The translations under genes and the position numbers were made by a program. DNA of 64,000 bases. Source: Callorhinchus milii. Taxonomy: Eukaryota. This document shows, in pieces, positions 25,113 to 36,476 of this stretch. The first letter of the stretch is position 1. Each line of letters begins with the position of its first letter. Location of the stretch: NCBI RefSeq assembly GCF_018977255.1, contig NW_024704742.1, forward strand, positions 76,758,001-76,822,000. Direction: 5' to 3'. Below the pieces are notes generated by a model, which was not told the origin of the DNA, searched no databases, and saw only the letters and a program-made list of their open reading frames with translations.

Positions 25113-28100
25113 AAGGGCAAAGATTAGAATTAGATGAGTGCAGGAGCTGGAATATATATAGGCTCAATGTACCGAATTACCTCCTTCTGTGCTGTAATTT
25201 CTATGACATTGCCCATTTGAGAAGTTAAGGAGATGGCATGCTTCCAGGCATCTGCATGAATCACTCTATCACTGTCTATTAACAGAATCAGAGGAGTGAC
25301 CATGGATGTTTCTTCCTGCCATTATGCTTCCCTGCTGATGAGAAGATGCCTGACCGTCACTGAAAGACACGACTTACAGCAGGAATTGATTGTGTGAGGA
25401 AAACTGCGAGTCATAATATGCATCCTATTTCTCTGGATTGCCACGCCTGCTTCCCTACGTCCATTCATTATTGATTGAAAAAAATTGTACTAATGTTCAC
25501 CATTAATAGCTCACCATAAACGTTTCTTATTGTTCCCCAGGCAATATTTTTCAACAGATACGGGTACTAGCACACTAAATGTGCTGCTGTGTTTGAAATA
25601 ATGTGTATAGCACATTGCAAGAGGCACTATAATCTGGCAAACACAACTCATAGTTTTATCCTGGATCACAGTTTTACCAGATTTGCTTATTCTGCCTTTG
25701 AGAGGCTGAATTAGCTTGAATTTTATGGGCTGTAATGAAATCAAATTAAAGGTGGACATTCCTAAAAGGAAAAATAATGGGATACCTTGTTTCAGGGGAA
25801 ACACTGTCAAAGAATCAGATGCAACCAGCTTGTGTTCAAAATCTAACTCACCCACTTGGGTTGGGAATCTTCTTTATGAAAGGCTAAAATTCTCTCTCTC
25901 TGTTTGACCTGACACTCCTGGCCTGATTCAAAAGACATTTGGCAAAGTGGCAAAGTGGATTCCTATGGGAATAATTACTAGAGCAACAGCAACCAAGTTG
26001 TTAATAGCGTGCCCTTGAGTTTAGGCAAAAAGGACACTGCAGATAGAAATGTGTGGGAAAAAGTGTTACACTGGTTAAAAACAAAAGTACATCATGACTC
26101 AATATAAAACAGAAATCCAATTCTCTTTTTAAAGTTCAATAAAACTGGGGAGAATAATTTCAATCCAATGTACTTTCCTTAAAGATCTTATAAATAATTA
26201 TTAAAAATACCATCTACCTAAAAGAAATTATAAAGTAATTATAATATGCCACTGGTTTGATTTTAAGGCAGGTGCCCTGTGAACCCGCAATGGTTTGAGT
26301 GAACAGACTAGTCAGTTGTCCGGCTTCCTGTGCTCTAAAAATGATCAACTTCTGGATTATCAGGTGGCTAATTGTACAGTGCACAGAAAGTGATGTTGTA
26401 TGCAACTTGATCACAAGATTATAAGATTGGTCTGAATAAAGATGGCACTCAACTCGTCTGACCCCATCTTTCTAGAATCTAGAACATGAACATTTAATAT
26501 GAGATGTTAAACCTAAACCCCGCCTGCCTGTTTAGGTGGACATGAAAGATCACAAGGCACTATTCGAAAAGAGAAGGGAGTTTCTGTCAGTGTCCTGGCC
26601 AACAATTCCTCAAATAAAATTGGTCATGATTGTCTGTGGGACATTGCTATGTGCAACTGCCTAAAATATACAGTCACTCCACTTCACAATAAATCCCGTG
26701 AAATGCTTTGAGATGTCCTCCCAACATGAAACACGCTGTACCAAATCAAAGATTATAAACTTGCTTGTGGTTTTTCGGTACTAAGTGTTTGTGCCAGTTG
26801 CTGTTCTGGATTTGTTTGCTAAGTTGAAGTGAATTTGCTGCCTCACGCTTATAAATAACCAAATGCAATTGTATATATATAATTTAATTATACATTTGTA
26901 ATGCAGTGTTATTTATAATTTAAAATTGCATTAGTTATTTATAAGCACACAGTGCTTAGCCAATACCTTCACTTCATTGAGCGAACCAACCATAAGGATT
27001 TTTCCTCTTTTGGGTCTTCTTATAAGGTTCTTCTTGGACATATAAATGGACATTATCATGGGTGTGGCTGTATTGACTGGCAAAGTTGATAGAGATACTT
27101 CAGTTCATATTGCTGAAATTATTGCAGCTGGGTTATTTATCTTGCTTTCTTCATTCCTTGTAATGTGGGTTAATGGTATCTGTTATATGTTATACCTTCA
27201 ATTTGTTTGATTTCTTCGAATAGGCATTGATACTGTAAGTTGATTATGATCTGTTTCCAGCGTGATATCAAATGCAATATAATTTTTGTTGAGCTTCTAT
27301 ACAAAATGATTCCTGGCATGGTAACGATTCATTTTTACATTCACATTGCCATCAGTATTCTTTTTGCTTTCATATTGAAGCAGTATTGATCATGTCAATA
27401 GATTTGTTTTGATCCAACTTTACCCAGGTCTATATCTGTGTAAGTTTACTTCCAGCAGATGTGGGCCATCAGAAGGTTGAATAGTTGCAGATTTCATCCA
27501 ATATGTGCTAACTGGGTAGGAATGGCCTTCAGCAAGGTCAGTCCTAATTAAGTAAGTTTTATAGGGAAATAAAGGTGAACATGCAACGCCTATTGGCCTG
27601 AAGGAGTTTAAAGGGTGAGATTTTTAAAAAAAGTTATACACTTTACAGTAAATCCTGTGAAGTGCTTTGAAACATCCTTATGATTATAATAATTATTATT
27701 ATCCTCCTGGCATACAAGTGTTACACCAAATGTAACAAATTGGTAAAGATGCTACACTAAATGTAACAATTATTAATATTACTGTAACTTCTGGTGTATG
27801 TACTTCTTATTCCTATATTTTGCTTTGCTCATTAAATTCTGCAGAGGAACAATATTATATAGTTCAGGGAAAGAGAAAGGTATTGGGATAAGAGCAGATT
27901 GTTTCAAAAACGAATCTAGCACTAGATTAAGTTTGATAAGCCGATCAGCTTCCTACTCTGCTATAAATTTTAAAAATCTATAAATGTAGGGAATTCAGTG
28001 ATGTGCACAGGCTGTTCTCTGGTCAATAATAAATGTAGTAAATTTGTCATTGTGCACTTATAATAATACTGGCACTTTATAGCACTATCACGTCATCAAA

Positions 28101-30102
28101 ACATCAAAGTGCTTCGAAGGAGTTTACTGCGAAGTGTAGTGACTGTGTATTTGTTGACAAACTCGGGAAACAACCTGTGCTCAGCAATGTCTCAAACAGC
28201 TATGAAGTGAATGACCTATTTTTTCTGGGGGATTGGTGGCCAGGACACTGGAAAGGACTCCCTTTTCTTTTCAAATAGTACCATGGAATCTTTAACATCC
28301 ACTTGAACAGGCAGACGGGACATCAATTTAACATCTCATCCAAAGGATGGCATCTAGGCTCTAACCTCAAAAGGCCAGATATGGGGCTTGAGCCCATAAC
28401 CTTCTGACTCAGAGACAGGAATGCTATCAACTGAGCTGGGCTTTATAAATAAAATTTAGGACATTTTAAAATAGAAAGAAACTTAAATTATAAATCTATC
28501 ACTTCATTAATTATTTATAAGAAACTATGAACAAATTTGGCAAATGAAGCAGCATAGTGCACATTGACAAATACACTATATTTAGCAAATGGAACACAAT
28601 AAGTTTTTTGGGGAAAATATATATTTATTTATAAATATATTTAGTACAACAGAAATCCAAAATAAACACATCTTCTGTTACAATTGGTTTTCCAGCATAC
28701 ATTTCAGGAAGCTCTTTGGTTGCATCTCGAGTGCCCTTCTGTACCTTTACTTCAGTCAGTTTTGAGTGCGCTTATGGGCTACCCGGTGGGTGCATCCTGA
28801 GCAGGTTGTGCAGGAGCGGCTTCTGCCGGATGGAACACAATAAGCCCCCGTGCTTTTTCTACAGTTACATCTATAAGTGTAACTGCAGCCTTTTCTTCCG
28901 TGCAAAGAATTAGCTTTTTAAGTATATCTCATATTCGTCCTGAATTGCAAGAGGAAAAAGACAATCTGCTTATAGGTCGCTCCCATGTTTTCTTGGGCTA
29001 ATCATTAGAAATGCATGAGAAAATGCTGAGGTAATATATTTGGGTTTTTATTTTTAGCAGCTTTGCACACATTGAATCTGTATCTGAGGTCTAGATGACA
29101 GCAAATGTTAGCCTTTGTAGAGACTTGAGCTTAGATATTCCAGAACAATAGCTAAACATCTGAAATGGATACAATTTTTGAGAGCATTGTCAGTGTTCAT
29201 CCACAGTGCACAAATTAAATCGTGAATAGTCATCATAGGCTTAGAGGCAATAGGTCACGTATGACAAGTCTACTAACTTTCTTTGAGGAAGTAACTGAAT
29301 GAATTGACTGAAGATCACAAGATTGGGCTGATTGAAGAAGACCCTGCGGCCCATCTGATCTCATTCCCCCAGGATACCCACCTTACCATTCTCCCAACAG
29401 TGCATCGAGCTTTTTAAATGAGCCTTGTGTCCTGTCGTTGATTACCCACAAAGAAAAGAATTCCTGGTATTTGTCCTGAAATCACCCTTCTACTCCTATG
29501 TGCTCTTGTTCCATTGTCTTGATACATATTGATCTGGGATTACTTTTTCAATCCCATTTAAAATATTATACACCTCTAAGAGGTCTTCTGTGAGTCATCT
29601 TCTCTTAAGACTGAAGAGCCCTAGCTTTTACAATCATAGCTCATTCCTCTAACAATCCTCGTTGTTCTCCTCTGCTCATTGCTTTCCCAAGGCCTAGAAA
29701 GCCCCCTTATGTTGCGGTGACCAGAAAGTTATACAGTATTCAAGGTGCAGTCTGACCAGAACACCCTACAGGATAAGTATGATGTCTGGAGATCTAAATT
29801 CAATTGAATTAGCAATACAGTCCAGCATCCTGTTTGCCTTGTTTATTGCTGCTTCACAATGTTTTGACACAGTGAGTGGGAAGTCATACTAAATTAGATG
29901 ATGTTTAAGGGCTCATATATTGGCACAATTTTTTTTCACATTTTGTTGTTAGGCTGGCTCAGTTGGTTGCATTCTCACCTCTAAAACAGAATATTGTGGG
30001 TTCAAAACATCATCAGGACTTTGAGCTCAGCGTAGGTTGACACTCCACTGTTCTTAAAAGCAAATTGTCACAACATTCATAATGTGTAAATAATGCATTC
30101 AT

Positions 30103-30365
30103 CAACAACAACAAAATTGCATTTGTATAGTGCCTTTCACGTCGGGAGGACGTCCCAAGGCACTGGACAGACAGAGTTATGGACCCGAGCTGGGGTGGGA
30201 GAGGGTGGAGGGCAGGTAGGTCGAAAGCACGGTCGAAGAGGAGGGTCTTGAGGTGGGTCTTGAAGGTGGCGAGGGAGGGGGTGAGATGGAGGGACTGCAG
30301 GATGGACTTCCAGAGGGTGAGTGCAGAGTAGCAGAAGACCCGCCCGCCAATAGTGGGGCGATACC
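30103..30365 (-). mobile_element. L2 3' end inserted into an older Deu-SINE (29955-30665, +)
   Basis: FKTHLKTLLFDRAF plus tail; SINE head to the left and SINE body to the right. Confidence 0.85.
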
Positions 30366-32308
30366 TCATCGAGGTATTGCAAGCTTTTCCAGGGGAGTTC
30401 TGCACAGTTGGAGATGGTCTTTGAATGAGATGTTAGACCCTGTCCTTTTATTCAGTTGCACACTAAGATCCCACCATACGGATGAGAGTTTCTTCCAGTA
30501 CCCTGGCCAACAATCCTTTAGATAAAATCTCTTCATGACATTCTCGTCTTGGCTGTTTGTGGGATATTACTGTGCACAAATTGGCTGCCATTTACACAGT
30601 CGCAAAACCTTGTGAAGCATTTTGAGACATTCCAATGGGATAAGGAGCTGTATCAAATGCAAGGATGAGGGGATGATGGCATTTCAATATGTAACAAGCA
30701 AAATGTGTGCTTGTCTTTGTCAGAAATCTATTTCCTGATTTTTTTCATTTAGTTGGTAATGTGTTTATCTGTTTGTTTTTAGAATGCTAGTTAACCTTGT
30801 CTTTTCTTTCACAAAGAAGCAATTGCTGGCAAGGATATCATTCGTCTGATTGAAGTCTTGCAACATTCAAACTCATAAATGTTTCAATTTTTTATTATGT
30901 GATAATGTTCCGAGCTTTTTAATAAAACAATTTGTATGAAAATGGGGGGGTGGGGGGGGTGGTCAGTGAAGTGGGGGATGGGGGTGGAGATGGGGTGGGA
31001 GACTGGGAGTGGATCAATGTAATGTAATGATGTTCGGCGGCCTGAATGACATGTTGTATTGGAGGGGTTGGATGTAAGGGCACATGGAGACTCCTTGACT
31101 CCTTGACCACATGCCAATATTGTTTGTCTAAAAATACAGTCACGACAAAAAACTTAGTGAAGCTTTTTGAGATGTTTTGACATAAAACATATATAATCAA
31201 TGGATAGCTGAGTGGTTTAATGACGTGTTTAGTAGGCCCTCAGAAACTGGAACACAGCAGCCAATTTCTGCACCATAATGTCCCACCAACAGCCATGAAG
31301 GAAATGAACAATTTGTTGGTAAAAAAAATGATGACTAGTTGTCAATAGCTTTTGAGAGACATATTGTGTTAACACAATACTCTATTTGCAAAACTTAAGA
31401 CTGAAGTTACTAGTGAAATAAGTGTTATTAATGAATAATAAGGGTAGATGGGAGATGAGTTTTGCAACACCTGTTTCCATACATCACAAAGCCGGAAATC
31501 CATACGCAAATAAAGATTTGGTTTGTTCCGGTTTATTTAATGTAGTCAGTAATAATGGTGTGCTGTATTCTGGATGCATTAAAATAATGTTACCTGATTT
31601 ACTACTTAAAAATAAATATCCATTTCAGTCACATTTATAAATCACTTTTCACAAAAACATCCCAATCGCTTCCCAGGGGACCTACTCAGGTTTTCATCAT
31701 TTTGCCAAAAGGAAACAGCAATGGGCCAAATAGCTTCTTTCTATACTGTCATCTTTTCAATGTATACTTCATAATGTATAATAACTAAGGGCAAAATTCC
31801 TGACACAATTCCTGGCCCTTCAGGTCAGCAAACAGAATGATAGTGCTCCAATTGTTGTTCTGGCTAAGATCAGTTAAGTTAGTACAGTGGTACTGTTGGC
31901 TTAATATGGCCTGAGATTCAAGCAGAGGATGGGTACTTTGGTGCAAATTAAGAAAGCACTGTCCTTGGGGTGTATAAACATCGACTTCAGACACAGCCAA
32001 ACTTTGTGCTTACTATCCCATGCATACCATTGATTGAGCAGAACCTATCACCTGCAACCCAGATCCTTGTTCTCAGATTTAAGTCCTTCCACAATCTCAA
32101 CGCATCCTACCTCTGCAACCTCCTTCACCCTTACCATCCTGGCTGTTCCCTTTCCTCGGCCGACACTGGCCTACTTCACACCCTGCTCTATCTGCCCCAC
32201 CATCGACAGGTTGAATTTCAGCTACTTGGTTCCAGCTCTCTGGACCTTCATTTCCAGATCACTCCGACTTGCTCTCTCCCGCTTTGTACGTATTTACGTA
32301 CATACGTA

Positions 32309-32620
32309 GTGGAGTCCTGTAGCTCAGTGGTTAGAGCACTCACCTTGCAAGCGAGACACCTGGGTTCAATTCCAGGCAGGGAGAAACCTTGGGCAAGTTT
32401 CCTTACTCCACACGCCTAATAATAATCCCTCCAAAACAAAAACAATAATAAATTGGTCACTTTCAATCCACGACTGTTTGTGGGACGCTGCAGTGTGCAA
32501 TTGGCTGCTGCGTTTCGCCCACTAATGTAGTCCATTCACTTTACAGTCTATTCTGTGAAGCACTTTGAGACGTCGAGAAGACGTGAAAAGTGCTATATCA
32601 AATGCAAGGATTATTATTAC
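32309..32620 (+). mobile_element. Young full-length SINE inserted in an old L2 3' fragment
   Basis: GGAGTCCTGTAGCTCAGTGGTTAGAGC head through GCAAGGATTATT tail. Confidence 0.93.
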
Positions 32621-33884
32621 TACTTATTTGACCTCTCTTTCGGGCAGCTTTCCCCTGCTCACCTTGCACCCTCAGCTGCATTATCCAGCCAGAACTGTCA
32701 AGCACTTTGGGACATGCTCCCAACATGAAAAGTGCTATCTAAATGTAAATTGTTTTGTATAGCATGCAAGGATAGTATGCAGCGCCTTGGGACGTCCTCC
32801 TGACGTGAAAGACGCTATACAAATGTAATTTTGTTGTTGATAATATGATGCCCAGGTACAGTCACAAATCACAACCCCAAACCAATTGCACATAGGATTG
32901 TACATGTATAGTTGCTCCTCCACTGGACCAGCTGCTGTAAAACTACTTGATAATAAAAATGGTTTGTAGGAACTTAGGGAAAACCAGCTAGACACCTCTA
33001 TAGGACCCTGTAGAACTGTTTCAGGCCTTTTTATAAATACCATTCCTCATTTTTAGATGTGCATTTTTTTTACTGGTAACATTCAGCCTGTTCTGAAAAA
33101 AGTGGGAATGAATGGCTAGAAATAGTTACCGTTTTAGAAGACAGATTGTGTTTATGGGGAGAGGAATGGGGGGGCAGGGGGTCAGATAAGGCTCCCACAT
33201 CTGCATTCTGTGCAAAAACAAATAAATAAATAACACGTGGGTGTTTGCAAGGAAGGGGCGGGAATCTTAATATGCTGGACTTGTGCAAAAATAAAGCTTT
33301 AGGCCACATCTAACAAAATGGATCGCTTGCAATGAAGGCAGAGAAGGAGGAGGGGAAAGAAAACAGTCTCTGCTGCTGAACAGTAAAAGCACATTCTGCA
33401 GCAAACCTGTGGGGAAAAAAAGAGACACAACACAAGGCAGACAGCCTTCATGGCAATACCATGTCGACTGGGAAAGAGTGGGGGGGTGGAAGGGCAAACG
33501 AGAAATGGGGTTAGTTGTTATTGACAACAACAACAACAACAAGATTCCATTTATAGAGCGCCTTTCACGTCGGGAAGAGGTCCCAGGGCGCTGTACAGTT
33601 GGGTCAGGACACGAGCAGGGGGGAAATGGTCAGGGTGAGGGGAGGGAAGGGAAAGGTGTGTGTCAATTATTGACACACACGGAATGAATTTAACCGCATC
33701 TTCCACGAGCCTGTATACAAAAGGCCGTTTTTTAAGGAATGCAACAACGTGTTATTAAAACGAACACAGACACAGACAGCAGCACCGGTGTGAGGGGAGG
33801 GGGGTCCGTGTGCACTGCCTGCCGAGCTGTGAGTGACAGCCACGCGCTCCGGGGACAGTGAGTGAGTGACTCCGTCCCACAGAG

Positions 33885-34090
33885 CAACAGCTACAACCAC
33901 AGTAACAGCTACAGTAATAACCACCGTAACAGCTACAGCAACAACCACAGTAACAGCTACAGTAATAACCACAGTAACACAGTAACAACTACAGTAACAC
34001 AGTAACAACTACAGTAACACAGTAACAACTACAGTAACTACAGTACAGTACAGTACAGTTACTACAGTAACAGAGACAGCACAGCTACAG
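33885..34090 (+). repeat. ACAGTAAC/ACAGCT-type degenerate tandem repeat
   Basis: Directly visible. Confidence 0.9.
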
Positions 34091-34139
34091 CTCCCGGGCA
34101 AAGTGGCTACAGTGCAGATAGGGTGCACGTCAAGGATAA

Positions 34140-34362
34140 AAGCCCGAGTCCTCTCCACACCGGGCAGGGAAGGGTCGGGCAGGGTCCGGGCCGGGTAGGG
34201 CCGGGCAGGGCAGGGCAGGGCCGGGCCGGGCAGGGCCGGGTAGGGCCGGGCAGGGCAGGGCAGGGCCGGGCCGGGCAGGGCCGGGTAGGGCCGGGCAGGG
34301 CCGGGCCGGGCAGGGCCAGGCAGGGCAGGGCAGGGCAGGGCCGGGCAGGGCAGGGTCCGGGC
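34140..34362 (+). repeat. GGGCA/GGGCC/GGGTA pentamer tandem repeat
   Basis: Directly visible; consecutive G3 runs. Confidence 0.95.
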
Positions 34363-34449
34363 TAAGCGCCTGCAGAGCAGTCACCTCACCGACCCCGAGT
34401 TAATTTCATCAACAGCAGTGGAGCCCAACACCCACCCACCCCCCCCCCG

Positions 34450-36285
34450 TGTGTGTGAGGGGGCGGGGCCTGTGTAAGTGTGAGGGGGCGGGGCCTGTGT
34501 GTGTGTGTGAGGGGGCGGGGCCTGTGGGTGTGAGGGGGCGGAACCTGCGTGTGAGGGGGGCGGGACCTGTGTGTGAGGGGGGGGCCTGTGGGTGTGAGGG
34601 GGCGGGATCTGCGTGTGAGGGGGGCGGGGCCTGTGTGTGTGAGGGGGTCGGGGTCTGTGTGTGTGTGAGAGAGGGGCGGGGCCTGTGTGTGTGAGGGGGC
34701 GGGACCTGTGTGTGAGGGGGGCGGGGCCTGTGTGTGTGCGAGGGGGCGGGGCCTGTGTGTGCGTGAGGGGGCGGGGCCTGTGTGTGCGTGAGGGGGCGGG
34801 GCCTGTGTGTGTGTGCGTGAGAGGGGCGGGGCCTGTGTGTGTGGGGGGTGTGTGGGGGGCGGGGCCTGTGTGTGTGCGTGAAGGGGGCGTGTGTGTGGTG
34901 AGGGGGCCGGGCCTGTGTGTGTGTGGGGGGCGGGGCTGTGTGTGTGTGAGGGGGCGGGGCCTGTGTGTGTGTGTGAGGGGCGGGGGTGGTGTGGTGTGTG
35001 AGGGGGGCGGGGGTGTGTGGGTGTGAGGGGGCGGGGCCTGTGTGTGTGTGGTGTGTGAGGGGGCGGGGTCTGTGTGTGTGAGGGGGGGCGGGGTGTGGTG
35101 TGTGTGAGGGGGGCGGGGCCTGTGTGTGTGTGTGTGGTGTGAGGGGGCGGAGGCCTGTGTGTGTGAGGGGCGGGGCCTGTGTGTGTGGGGGGGCGGGGCC
35201 TGTGTGTGTGTGTGTGAGGGGGGCGGGGCATGTGTGTGTGAGGGGGGGCGGGGCCTGTGGGGGGGGGGGGGGGCTGGGGGGGGGGGGGGGCGGGGCCTGT
35301 GTGTGTGGGGGGGGGCGGGGCCTGTGTGTGTGTGAGGGGGCGGGGCCTGTGTGTGTGTGTGAGGGGGCGGGGCCTGTGTGTGTGTGTGTGAGGGGGCGGG
35401 GCATGTGTGTGTGTGAGGGGGGCGGGGCCTGCGTGTGTGTGAGGGGGCGGGGCCTGTGTGTGTGTGTGGGGGGGGGGGGGGGGCGGGGGTGAGGGGGCGG
35501 GGCCTGTGTGTGTGTGTGAGGTGACGGGGCTGTGTGTGTGTGTGAGGGGGCGGGCCTCTGTGTGTGTGTGTGAGGGGGCGGGGCCTGTGTGTGTGTGTGT
35601 GAGGGGGCGGGGGGGGGGGGGGGTGTGTGTGGGGGGGGGCGGGGCCTGTGTGTGTGTGTGTGAGTGTGTAACGGGGGCGGGGCCTGTGTGTGTGTGTGTG
35701 TGTGTGTAACGCGGGCGGGGCCTGTGTGTGTGTGTGTGTGTGAGGGGGCGGGGCCTGTGTGTGTGTGTGAGGGGCGGGGCCTGTGTGTGTGGTGTGAGGG
35801 GGCGGGGCCTGTGTGTGTGTGTGTGTGAGGGGGCGGGGCCTGTGTGTGTGTGTGTGTGTGTGAGGGGGCGGGGCTGTGTGTGTGTGTGTGTGTGTGAGGG
35901 GGCGGGGCCTGTGTGTGTGTGTGTGTGTGAGGGGGCGGGGCCTGTGTGTGTGTGTGTGTGGTGAGGGGGCGGGGCCTGTGTGTGTGTGTGGTGTGTGTGT
36001 GGGGGGGCGGGGCCTGTGTGTGTGTGTGTGTGTGTGAGGGGGCGGGGCCTGTGTGGTGTGTGGTGTGTGAGGGGGCGGGGCCTGTGTGTGTGTGGTGTGT
36101 GTGAGGGGGCGGGGCCTGTGTGTGTGTGTGAGGGGGGCGGGGCCTGTGTGTGTGTGTGTGTGAGTGTGTAACGGGGGCGGGGCCTGTGTGTGTGTGTGTG
36201 TGAGGGGGGCGGGGCCTGTGTGTGTGTGTGTGTGTGTGGGGGGCGGGGCTGTGTGTGTGTGTGTGTGAGGGGGCGGGGCCTGTGA
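34450..36285 (+). repeat. Minisatellite of GAGGGGGCGGGGCCT(GT)n units (GC-box array) immediately 5' of the PSIP1 ATG
   Basis: Dozens of tandem ~25-35 bp units visible directly. Confidence 0.97.
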
Positions 36286-36319
36286 CTGACTGCAGCAGAG
36301 ACACAGACACACACACGCC

Positions 36320-36391
36320 ATGGCCCGAGAGTATAAAGCCGGGGAGCTGATTTTCGCCAAGATGAAGGGTTACCCTCACTGGCCAGCCCGG
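36320..36391 (+). CDS. PSIP1: PSIP1/LEDGF coding exon 1, PWWP domain ([24 protein letters not shown])
   Basis: Kozak GCCATGG, GTGAGT donor, HDGF-family PHWP motif. Confidence 0.96.
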
Positions 36392-36394
36392 GTG

Positions 36395-36476
36395 AGTGAG
36401 AGAGAGAGAGAGAGAGAGAGGGAGGGAGGGAGGGTGAGGTGTGGGGGTGTGTGTGTGTGTGTGTGGGGTGGGGGGG
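36395..36476 (+). repeat. (GA)n, (GGGA)n and (GT)n microsatellites at the start of the PSIP1 intron
   Basis: Directly visible. Confidence 0.9.

Noticed and set aside
27000..27480. Purine-skewed minus-strand stretch resembling decayed coding or viral sequence
   Set aside because: Multiple stops and no identifiable motif; cannot be supported without TBLASTX
28780..28939. Selenoprotein-like frame with in-frame TGA (RI*DILKKLILC...) on the minus strand
   Set aside because: No redox motif, no recognisable family, and no SECIS core seen downstream
31625..31700. C/D-box snoRNA-like TGATGA...CTGA on the minus strand
   Set aside because: No terminal stem and no recognisable rRNA/snRNA antisense element
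31860..31872. 12-nt match to U2 snRNA (TGGCTAAGATCA)
   Set aside because: Short, not positioned before a D box, and within a likely old repeat fragment
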